A stretch of DNA of 52,639 bases, the filler included, from Sphacelaria rigidula (lineage: Eukaryota): assembly GCA_964200075.2 (NCBI GenBank). It is 4 parts of 4 records of this genome, joined end to end, with 100 filler letters (N's around TTAATTAATTAA, not from the genome) between each part and the next. Parts side by side here need not be neighbours in the genome. Positions count along the whole stretch, not along the records: positions 13,187 to 26,271 come from CAXNAA020003161.1; 3 more parts are not named here. One strand, given 5' to 3'. The notes under the pieces are model-generated. The model saw only the letters and a program-made list of their open reading frames with translations. It searched no databases and had not been told where the DNA came from. Each line of letters starts with the position of its first letter. Position 1 is the stretch's first letter. The translations under genes were made by a program, and so were the position numbers. Shown one piece after another: positions 13,220-24,224 of the stretch.

Positions 13220-14925
13220 TCAGGGTATTTCGGCGATCCGTTCGGATCCTGTCCACGTACTTACGAGTTTTGGCGTTGTACCTGAGCGCCTCACCCTCGC
13301 AGCCAACACATAGTCACCCACCATGATATTTGGCAACTGTCCCGTACTAGCTACACGTCGTTGCAGTTCACGAGTCTTCTCAACACGCTGCGCCACCTCC
13401 TTGTGCAACACTTGCTGCGCCTCCACGACTGACGCCACCTTCTCCCGGAGCATGCCCTCATTCAGCACATCAAGTCGCCACTCGTCGCCAGTCGACGATG
13501 CCAGGGTTGAAAAACTTGTGCGCGGCGCCCGTCCAAACATCACATGGTATGGCGTACTGGCGTAGCGCTCGCGGAATGCCGTGTTCAACGCCCACTGGAC
13601 GGCAGGCACCAGTCTCACCCAGTCACGAACGTCGCGCCTCTCTTCTTGCAGCATGACCTTCAAAGTGCGGACAACCCCGCGCATCATCCTTTCACACGTA
13701 CCATTTGACCACGGCGGGTTTGGAACCGCGAACCTCCTGTCCAGCTTTAGCGCCTTCTCCAATGCTCGCATCACATGGTTCTTAAAGTGCGATGCGGTGT
13801 CACCAACCCAGACCTCCGGCGGGTCCAACGCCTTGCACCACGCCAGCAGATGCTGCACAGTTGCTGCAGCTGCACAAGACTCGGTGGGTTCCAACCACGC
13901 GAAATTGCACAGATCATCCATCATTAAAAATATGTACTTGTTCCCGTCGCCTTCATCCAGGCCGCTCTCGCCCAGCGGGCCACTTTCGCCAACGTACAGA
14001 TAATCAAAATGTATCACCTCACCGGGCCGTGTGCCATGCACTGTCTCCCCTAGTGGCCGCGGGACCATCTCACCCACTTTCGAGTCCACACAGTGCAAGC
14101 ATTTCCTCACAAAATCCGTCACATGAGCTTCCATCTGAAACCAACAGCAATATTCTTGCAGCCACTGCAGTGCCGCCACAACACCCCGATGGCCCACCTC
14201 CTTCATGTGAGCACACACCATCAAGCGTGTTTGCAGCTCTTTTGCTTGCAGCGGGATCCACAACACATTCAGCCCTGCTACATGCACGCAAAATAAACCT
14301 TCACCTTCTTTTGAAACTCGCCCAACAGCTGCTGCAAAAGTAGGGGCTCCAGCATCCATCACTCCAAACCCGGCTTGAGCCTGCCCTTGGGCCTTACGAA
14401 CAGCGTTATTCAACGGCAGCGTTTCATCAGGCTGACCGCTTGCAAACACGGCCGCAGCACGCACAGACACCGCCGGAACGTTTACCCACCTTGACAATAA
14501 ATCTTCCCAGCAGTTGCGCTCACCAGCAATATGCCTGATGGAGTAATCGTACTGCCCGAGCACAGCCTTCCATTGCTCGAGTCTCTGGGCAGCAGTCTTA
14601 GACATGGATGCAACGCACGCCTCGGGGTTAAAAATGTATGCTAGGTTACGATGATCGGTAAAGATATGTACCCCACCCCAGAGAAGATACTCCAACCGAC
14701 GGAAAGTACTTACGATTACATAACCTTCCTTGTCCACCGTAGCCCACCGAACCCGCGCTCCACGAAACGTTTCGCTGAGAAACCCCATCGGCTCATGACT
14801 CATGTCTTCCACCGCCGGTATACCACCCAGCTCATCCTCCGGCACCTGCGTAAGAAAAATGCTCCAGTTTAGATCCGATGCGTCTGGAAACATGACAATC
14901 TCATATCCCTGCTTGGGATATGACA
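13220..14925 (-). pseudogene. pol: RNase H-integrase part of gypsy pol, copy 1 (open, but frameshifted from RT)
   Basis: 583-aa ORF with RNase H, HHCC zinc finger and DDE integrase motifs. Confidence 0.9.
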
Positions 14926-15890
14926 ACGGCATGCGCCACCAAATCTTGCGCCTCGTGCCACGCCTGACCACGCCTGGATGTCCATGCCGACCCCTCGATT
15001 GTCCGGTTTGACGCCACTCGCTTGGTACGGCGCACGTTCCCCTGCATGTGTTCCTCCAGTAATACCCGCAGCGGCTCCACCACCTCCGCCAGATGCGACA
15101 GGGACGTTCTTAGCCAGTTTACCGCCTGCAGGAACTGCATAAGCTCGCCTGCTGTGCGCGGGCGCCCAAGATTGACCAGCCCGCTCAGTCTCACGCGGTC
15201 ATGAGCCACTTGACCACCTGAAAAGACCTTTCCGCACCACGTGATCTGTGTGTCGTAGAACATGCACTTGTGCTCAGCCGCAAAAAGACCAGCATCCTCC
15301 AACCGGCCCAAAATCTCGTCAAGTGTACACAAGAGATCATCCTCATCTTTACCCCACCACAAGATATCATCCACCCATACTTTACACTGAAATCCGGTCA
15401 ATAATCTGGTCATGATGCCTTGAAAATACCCCGTCGCATTCAACACCCCTTGCGGCACCCGTGTGAGGATAAACAGACCTTCGGGAGTCGCGATCGTGAA
15501 TATTTCTTGTGCGTCAGCCGCCAACGGCATCTGCCAGTACCCCTGCAGCATATTAATCTTGCCAAAACACGCAGCGCCCAGCAGGTCGATCATCTCCGCC
15601 TCGTGGTTAGGCATAACATTCAGAACCTTCTCAATCTACTTGTTTACCGCGCGATAATCACTCACCAGTCGATAACCGCCCTTCTTCAGCGTCACCATGG
15701 CCGCACTCGCCCACACCGCCTGTAATCTACGAAATATTAGCTCAAGCGCCACCAGCGTCGCCATACACCCTGCCAACCACGTTGCCTTTACAGGGGAATA
15801 CACGGGCGGGCTCGCCTTGACTGCCCTAGCCCCAGGTTTAAATCTCACCTTCGAGGGCTCTACTCGAGCAGGCGGATCACCGCGCAGTGC
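14901..15890 (-). pseudogene. pol: Reverse transcriptase part of gypsy pol, copy 1
   Basis: YRLVSDYRAVN, GYWQMPL, RVPQGVLNA, WVDDIL motifs; frameshifts near 15630 and 14925. Confidence 0.9.
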
Positions 15891-16832
15891 TCACCGAAAA
15901 GCGTTGACACGGCGCCCAACAACCTCCCGAAGCTTATCAATGCCGCTCGCCGACATACCCTTGTCCGCAGCCGCCTGTACTGCATGATCCAGTGCAACAC
16001 GACGCTCTGCCAGCTTCTCCTCTGGATTCATATCCATCTCGGGACCACGCGACATTAATCGCTTAACGGAGGGATCCACAGGCTCCTCTTGTCCACCTGG
16101 ATCCTGTAACGCCTCAATGGCAATGCCCACCCGCCTACATTCTCGGAATTCAGGCGTATCTACACCTCTCACCAACGCGTGTCTTGAGCGTGGGCATGCG
16201 TCCAGCCCACTGTACACGTCAATGCCCATGGCCTCTAGCGTACCGCTCCCGAGGATCACCACATCATCGGCACCTGGTATAACCGCATAGTGACACGGAT
16301 CCAACACCACCGGCCCCCAGCTGGTGTGCAGAGCAGTGCGCACTAGGCATGTCTTCTACTGCATACTCCGTACATTACCATCAGCTAGTTTCACCGGGTG
16401 TGCACGAGCCATGCTCGTGACAACTGACACATCAGGGAACACTGCTTGCAACTGGGCCGCCACTTTTTCAGACATGATAATGATGCCAGCCCCCGAGTCC
16501 AAAACTGCAGTAACAGGGCAAACGTTCTTGACTGTGGAGCCTGGAACGGACAAATCTGCCCGGCAGCATCGCTGCTTGCGGTCAACTATTGCACCCTCAG
16601 CCTGTAAATCTGCAACCTCAGCGGTGTGCAGACCCCGCCATACCAGCATTGTCTGAGACGTCCACTCCTGAGCCGGTCCCGCCGCCAGTTGGGTTTGAGC
16701 TGCAGGAGCCGGAGCGGGAGGCTGGGGCGGCACCATGCTATCCGCACTACTAGCACCCCCTTGCGTTCCATCCCCTGGGAAAACAACCCGTGTGGGAGCA
16801 GGACCTTTACCGCCCCCCCGCTGACCGTGGAC

Positions 16833-16869
<37 letters not shown>

Positions 16870-17856
16870 AGCGGCGGCGACGATTTTGCTTGCCCATCTG
16901 ACGCACTCACCGCGGCCGCAGGTGTGCTCTGTTTGTTACAGTCCTTCTTGTAGTGGCCCTTATCGCCACATTCAAAGCAACCTGCATAGCTCGGGCCAGG
17001 TTTGTGGAGCTTTTTCAAGCTCTTACCGCCACTACCTGCGCCGCCACTACCTGCGCCGCCACTACCTGCTGCGGCCGCCGCAGCCGCTGCGCCGGCATGC
17101 GATGTCAGTTTTTTTAGCCTTGTGAGCCGCTTTTATGCCCAAGTTGCGGTTGCTGTCGGCGGTATTTGTCAACCTCCTCAACAGTTTCCCATTTTCCCGC
17201 TAAGTCATGAGCTACCTCAAAAACCACTCTCGGGCTCTCTTTCCAGTCCCTTTTCATATGAAGTATATTTTGAACTTTATTCTTGAACTCAGGTGGGGTC
17301 AGGCCGGCGACCATAGCTCTGGTAATGATGTGTGCTGGACCGCAGCCTTGAACGTACGGTCAGATTCTACGAAAACGCACTCCGCACCTGCGTTTTCCGT
17401 AAAGTACTCCTGTAATGAACTCCATTGCCCTTCTACTCGACCCATCGCAGTTGGTTCAGACCGTGCGGCAAGGGCGTTTTTTACGCCTGCTGCAGCTTCG
17501 GAAGGATCATGTTCCATATCGATCCAGCATTCGGCATGGCGTGCAATCCCTTGCTGCAATTCGTCTTCGTCGAGTGGCAACCCGTCAAAAATGGTGTCAG
17601 ACACTCAGTTCTGGATATGCTTTGGCACCAACTCTTGCATGGTCAAGAGTGTGCACTTAACAGACCGACCTTTGTTACTCTTCCCTACTGCCTCTTCATA
17701 TTTGCGATACCTTTGGTAAAAGCGTCTGGAAGCTTGTTCACTGAATACTCGCCCATATTCGGGCACTTTCAAGGATCCACCCCAGGTCAATTCGGTTACT
17801 GCGAACTTCACCTCATCAACCGTCTCTTTGGTGCCCCCTTCCCTTCGCGCTGCCAT
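15891..17856 (-). pseudogene. gag: gag-protease of gypsy copy 1, with a poly-Q tract
   Basis: ATG at 17856; in-frame stops at 17605, 16356, 15891; CCHC knuckle; (CAG)n at ~16835-16870; DSGA protease motif. Confidence 0.85.
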
Positions 17857-18033
17857 CCTTCCAGCAGCCTCCTGTTACCGCAGTCGCCTTGGATTCGTGT
17901 GGCCTGCACCTCTCTCTACGCCGCTTCTCCCCCCCCTGCTATTCAACGTGAGCGTCCTCACGTTCTACAAACAGTCGGGTGCGACGTCCAAAACCCAATC
18001 CAGAAACAGCCAGTTTCCTGAATAAACGTTTAT

Positions 18034-18285
18034 TGTGAACCTGCCTGAAATCATAACAAGGTTACAGTGCTGCTCCAGAGGCTTCCTCCCTGTCCAGGGC
18101 TCCAGAGACTTCAAGACTTCAAGCAGGTATAGAAACAGCAGTCTTCGTTAACCAGAAGTAAGCTTCATGGGCTTTCCTCACGAACACGATATGTTACGCA
18201 TCCAATAGTCATCCTGGAAACAATCAATCCAGGATCCACCACATATCTACATGTTACATGTATACTGTAGGTGGACTACTCTACG
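18034..18285 (-). repeat. Shared central LTR (5' LTR of copy 1 and 3' LTR of copy 2); inner boundary uncertain
   Basis: Matches 23746-23997 with about 4 substitutions seen. On the minus strand it follows a PPT-like ttttggagggtgc and starts CGTAG (TGTAG in the other LTR). Confidence 0.7.
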
Positions 18286-18565
18286 GCACCCTCCAAAACT
18301 TCGCACTACTTACAGTAGAAAGCGAATTTGACAAAACGGTAGACACCGACAGTACCCTACGATGTCAACAAGAGACAAGCATTTAATATCAGACCGCATC
18401 AGGTCAAATCACGATGCCCCCCCAGTATAATCCTAAAACACCAGCACGAGCTACTCCAACATGTTAGGCAAACAACAACCAAGCGGTATGCTCAACGTAC
18501 ACCAAATTGCGCAGTAGAATCCATGAATTACGCCAACAACCAATTACAGCTCGAAACCCAATCAA

Positions 18566-18952
18566 TCAGAGCTTGAGCCCGTACTTAGCCAGCAAACGCG
18601 CCCGTACCTGCTTTGTTAGTCGTAACTTCCGCAATTCAGAATGTACAAACTGCGGGGCTCCTTCCAAAATGGTTTCCAGAGGCTCCCACAAGCTCTCATC
18701 CTTGCCGAAACCTACCCATTCCACGTGTACAACGAACCCGTCACTGTCTTGGGCCTCGGACAAGTCAACGATCGCCTCCATCTCGAACTCCCCTTGCGCA
18801 AACGCATACTGGAACACTTCCTTCAGATCCGCAGTGACCTCCAGTTCCTTGTCCGCGTAGTACCGTAGACGGGAGACATGCGCGTCCTTCACCTCTCCGT
18901 TGACAATATTCTGAATCTCGAACACATGTTGATGCTCCGCTGCCACAATCTT
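18566..18952 (-). pseudogene. Integrase C-terminus with chromodomain
   Basis: FEMEAIVD...VHVEWVGF...ESLWEPL, in frame with integrase across a TGA at 18953 (probably a former TGG). Confidence 0.85.
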
Positions 18953-21900
18953 TCACGGTCCTGTCCACGTACTTACGAGTTTTGGCGTTGTGCCTGAGCG
19001 CCAAACCCTCGCAGCCAACACATAGTCATCCACCATGAAATTTGGCAACTGCCCCTTACTAGCTACACGTCGTTGCAGTTTACGAGTCTCCTCAACACGC
19101 TGCGCCACCTCCTTGTGCAACGCTTGCTGCGCCTCCACGACCGATGCCACCTTCTCCCGCAGCATATCCTCATCCAGCACATCAAGTCACCACTCGCCGC
19201 CGGTCGACAATGCCATGGTTGAAAAACTTGTGCGCGGCGCCCGTCCAAACATCACATGGTATGGCGTACTGGCGTAGCGCTCGCGGAATGCCGTGTTCAA
19301 TACCCACTGTACGGCAGGCAACAGTCCCACTCAGTCACGAACGTCGCGCCTCTCTTTTTGCAGCATGGCCTTCAAAGTACGGACAACCTCTCGCATCATC
19401 CTTTCACACGTACCATTTGACCACGGCGAGTTTGGAACCGCGAACCTCCGGTTCAGCTTCAGCGCCTTCTCCAATGCTCGCATCACATGGTTCTTAAAAT
19501 GCGATGCGGTGTCACTAACCCACACCTCCGGCGGACCCAACGCCTTGCACCATGCCAACAGATGCTGCACAGTCGCTGCAGCTGTACAAGACGCGGTGGG
19601 CTCCAACCACGCGAAATTGCACAGATCATCCATCATTAAAAATATGTACTCGTACCCGTCGCCTTCATCCAGGCCGCTCTCGCCCAGCGGGCCACTTTCG
19701 CCAACGTACAGATAATCAAAATGTATCACCTCACCGGGCCGTGTGCCATGCACTGTCTCCCCTAGTGGCCGCGGGACCATCTCACCCGCTTTCGAGTCTA
19801 CACAATGCAAGCATCTCCTCACAAAATCCGTCACATGAGCTTCCATCTGAAACCAACAGCAATACTATTGCAGCCGCTGCAGTGCCGCCACAACACCCCG
19901 ATGGCCCACCTCCTTCATGTGAGCACACACCATCAAGCGTGTTTGCAGCTCTTTTGCTTGCAGCGGGATCCACAACACATTCAGCCCTGCTACATGCACG
20001 CAAAATAAACCTTCACCTTCTTTTGAAACTCGCCCAACAGCTGCTGCAAAAGTAGGGGCTCCAGCATCCATCACTCCAAACCCGGCTTGAGCCTGCCCTT
20101 GGGCCTTACGAACAGCGTTATTCAACGGCAGCGTTTCATCAGGCTGACCGCTTGCAAACACGGCCGCAGCACGCACAGACACCGCCGGAACGTTTACCCA
20201 CCTTGACAATAAATCTTCCCAGCAGTTGCGCTCACCAGCAATATGCCTGATGGAGTAATCGTACTGCCCGAGCACAGCCTTCCATTGCTCGAGTCTCTGG
20301 GCAGCAGTCTTAGACATGGATGCAACGCACGCCTCGGGGTTAAAAATGTATGCTAGGTTACGATGATCGGTAAAGATATGTACCCCACCCCAGAGAAGAT
20401 ACTCCAACCGACGGAAAGTACTTACGATTACATAACCTTCCTTGTCCACCGTAGCCCACCGAACCCGCGCTCCACGAAACGTTTCGCTGAGAAACCCCAT
20501 CGGCTCATGACTCATGTCTTCCACCGCCGGTATACCACCCAGCTCATCCTCCGGCACCTGCGTAAGAAAAATGCTCCAGTTTAGATCCGATGCGTCTGGA
20601 AACATGACAATCTCATATCCCTGCTTGGGATATGACAACGGCATGCGCCACCAAATCTTGCGCCTCGTGCCACGCCTGACCACGCCTGGATGTCCATGCC
20701 GACCCCTCGATTGTCCGGTTTGACGCCACTCGCTTGGTACGGCGCACGTTCCCCTGCATGTGTTCCTCCAGTAATACCCGCAGCGGCTCCACCACCTCCG
20801 CCAGATGCGACAGGGACGTTCTTAGCCAGTTTACCGCCTGCAGGAACTGCATAAGCTCGCCTGCTGTGCGCGGGCGCCCAAGATTGACCAGCCCGCTCAG
20901 TCTCACGCGGTCATGAGCCACTTGACCACCTGAAAAGACCTTTCCGCACCACGTGATCTGTGTGTCGTAGAACATGCACTTGTGCTCAGCCGCAAAAAGA
21001 CCAGCATCCTCCAACCGGCCCAAAATCTCGTCAAGTGTACACAAGAGATCATCCTCATCTTTACCCCACCACAAGATATCATCCACCCATACTTTACACT
21101 GAAATCCGGTCAATAATCTGGTCATGATGCCTTGAAAATACCCCGTCGCATTCAACACCCCTTGCGGCACCCGTGTGAGGATAAACAGACCTTCGGGAGT
21201 CGCGATCGTGAATATTTCTTGTGCGTCAGCCGCCAACGGCATCTGCCAGTACCCCTGCAGCATATTAATCTTGCCAAAACACGCAGCGCCCAGCAGGTCG
21301 ATCATCTCCGCCTCGTGGTTAGGCATAACATTCAGAACCTTCTCAATCTACTTGTTTACCGCGCGATAATCACTCACCAGTCGATAACCGCCCTTCTTCA
21401 GCGTCACCATGGCCGCACTCGCCCACACCGCCTGTAATCTACGAAATATTAGCTCAAGCGCCACCAGCGTCGCCATACACCCTGCCAACCACGTTGCCTT
21501 TACAGGGGAATACACGGGCGGGCTCGCCTTGACTGCCCTAGCCCCAGGTTTAAATCTCACCTTCGAGGGCTCTACTCGAGCAGGCGGATCACCGCGCAGT
21601 GCTCACCGAAAAGCGTTGACACGGCGCCCAACAACCTCCCGAAGCTTATCAATGCCGCTCGCCGACATACCCTTGTCCGCAGCCGCCTGTACTGCATGAT
21701 CCAGTGCAACACGACGCTCTGCCAGCTTCTCCTCTGGATTCATATCCATCTCGGGACCACGCGACATTAATCGCTTAACGGAGGGATCCACAGGCTCCTC
21801 TTGTCCACCTGGATCCTGTAACGCCTCAATGGCAATGCCCACCCGCCTACATTCTCGGAATTCAGGCGTATCTACACCTCTCACCAACGCGTGTCTTGAG

Positions 21901-22544
21901 CGTGGGCATGCGTCCAGCCCACTGTACACGTCAATGCCCATGGCCTCTAGCGTACCGCTCCCGAGGATCACCACATCATCGGCACCTGGTATAACCGCAT
22001 AGTGACACGGATCCAACACCACCGGCCCCCAGCTGGTGTGCAGAGCAGTGCGCACTAGGCATGTCTTCTACTGCATACTCCGTACATTACCATCAGCTAG
22101 TTTCACCGGGTGTGCACGAGCCATGCTCGTGACAACTGACACATCAGGGAACACTGCTTGCAACTGGGCCGCCACTTTTTCAGACATGATAATGATGCCA
22201 GCCCCCGAGTCCAAAACTGCAGTAACAGGGCAAACGTTCTTGACTGTGGAGCCTGGAACGGACAAATCTGCCCGGCAGCATCGCTGCTTGCGGTCAACTA
22301 TTGCACCCTCAGCCTGTAAATCTGCAACCTCAGCGGTGTGCAGACCCCGCCATACCAGCATTGTCTGAGACGTCCACTCCTGAGCCGGTCCCGCCGCCAG
22401 TTGGGTTTGAGCTGCAGGAGCCGGAGCGGGAGGCTGGGGCGGCACCATGCTATCCGCACTACTAGCACCCCCTTGCGTTCCATCCCCTGGGAAAACAACC
22501 CGTGTGGGAGCAGGACCTTTACCGCCCCCCCGCTGACCGTGGAC

Positions 22545-22581
<37 letters not shown>

Positions 22582-23745
22582 AGCGGCGGCGACGATTTTG
22601 CTTGCCCATCTGACGCACTCACCGCGGCCGCAGGTGTGCTCTGTTTGTTACAGTCCTTCTTGTAGTGGCCCTTATCGCCACATTCAAAGCAACCTGCATA
22701 GCTCGGGCCAGGTTTGTGGAGCTTTTTCAAGCTCTTACCGCCACTACCTGCGCCGCCACTACCTGCGCCGCCACTACCTGCTGCGGCCGCCGCAGCCGCT
22801 GCGCCGGCATGCGATGTCAGTTTTTTTAGCCTTGTGAGCCGCTTTTATGCCCAAGTTGCGGTTGCTGTCGGCGGTATTTGTCAACCTCCTCAACAGTTTC
22901 CCATTTTCCCGCTAAGTCATGAGCTACCTCAAAAACCACTCTCGGGCTCTCTTTCCAGTCCCTTTTCATATGAAGTATATTTTGAACTTTATTCTTGAAC
23001 TCAGGTGGGGTCAGGCCGGCGACCATAGCTCTGGTAATGATGTGTGCTGGACCGCAGCCTTGAACGTACGGTCAGATTCTACGAAAACGCACTCCGCACC
23101 TGCGTTTTCCGTAAAGTACTCCTGTAATGAACTCCATTGCCCTTCTACTCGACCCATCGCAGTTGGTTCAGACCGTGCGGCAAGGGCGTTTTTTACGCCT
23201 GCTGCAGCTTCGGAAGGATCATGTTCCATATCGATCCAGCATTCGGCATGGCGTGCAATCCCTTGCTGCAATTCGTCTTCGTCGAGTGGCAACCCGTCAA
23301 AAATGGTGTCAGACACTCAGTTCTGGATATGCTTTGGCACCAACTCTTGCATGGTCAAGAGTGTGCACTTAACAGACCGACCTTTGTTACTCTTCCCTAC
23401 TGCCTCTTCATATTTGCGATACCTTTGGTAAAAGCGTCTGGAAGCTTGTTCACTGAATACTCGCCCATATTCGGGCACTTTCAAGGATCCACCCCAGGTC
23501 AATTCGGTTACTGCGAACTTCACCTCATCAACCGTCTCTTTGGTGCCCCCTTCCCTTCGCGCTGCCATCCTTCCAGCAGCCTCCTGTTACCGCAGTCGCC
23601 TTGGATTCGTGTGGCCTGCACCTCTCTCTACGCCGCTTCTCCCCCCCCTGCTATTCAACGTGAGCGTCCTCACGTTCTACAAACAGTCGGGTGCGACGTC
23701 CAAAACCCAATCCAGAAACAGCCAGTTTCCTGAATAAACGTTTAT

Positions 23746-23997
23746 TGTGAAGCTGCCTGAAATCATAACAAGGTTACAGTGCTGCTCCAGAGGCTTCCTC
23801 CCTGTCCAGGGCTCCAGAGACTTCAAGACTTCAAGCAGGTATAGAAACAGCAGTCTTCGTTAACCAGAAGTAAGCTTCATGGGCTTTCCTCACGAACACG
23901 ATATGTTACGCATCCAATAGTCATCCTGGAAACAATCAATCCAGGATCCACCACATATCTACATGTTGCACGTATACTGTAGGTGGACTACTCTACA
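23746..23997 (-). repeat. 5' LTR of gypsy copy 2
   Basis: TGT...ACA termini on the minus strand; identity with the central LTR ends exactly at 23997. Confidence 0.7.
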
Positions 23998-24184
23998 GCC
24001 TTGAGCAGAAACACGAAGCCTCGTCCAATTTCATCTTATACGGCGACGAGAAGGCCTGTAGGAGACACGAGAGGCACGTCGAGTCGTGGCTTGACCAGAA
24101 AGTATGCCGCGGGTTCGGGTCAGGCTGTTCCAAAAGTGAGGGAGACAGCGCTAGAGCTCTCCTGCGGCACCCGCAGCAGCGGCA

Positions 24185-24224
<40 letters not shown>

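Larger units (their letters stand above)
13247..18285 (-). mobile_element. Ty3/gypsy LTR retrotransposon copy 1, defective and 3'-truncated before the chromodomain
   Basis: Domain order gag (zinc knuckle CFECGDKGHYKKDC), PR (VLDSGA), RT (WVDDIL), RH (DASD, FTDHRNL), IN (H..GH..CLHC, HFDYL, GDTASHF, NGTCERM). Homology with copy 2 ends at 13247. Confidence 0.95.
18034..23997 (-). mobile_element. Ty3/gypsy chromodomain-bearing LTR retrotransposon copy 2, full-length but defective
   Basis: Same domains as copy 1, offset 5712 bp. Extra stops in integrase at 19865, 19331, ~19190 and 18953. C-terminal chromodomain; 5' LTR begins TGTAG at 23997. Confidence 0.95.
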
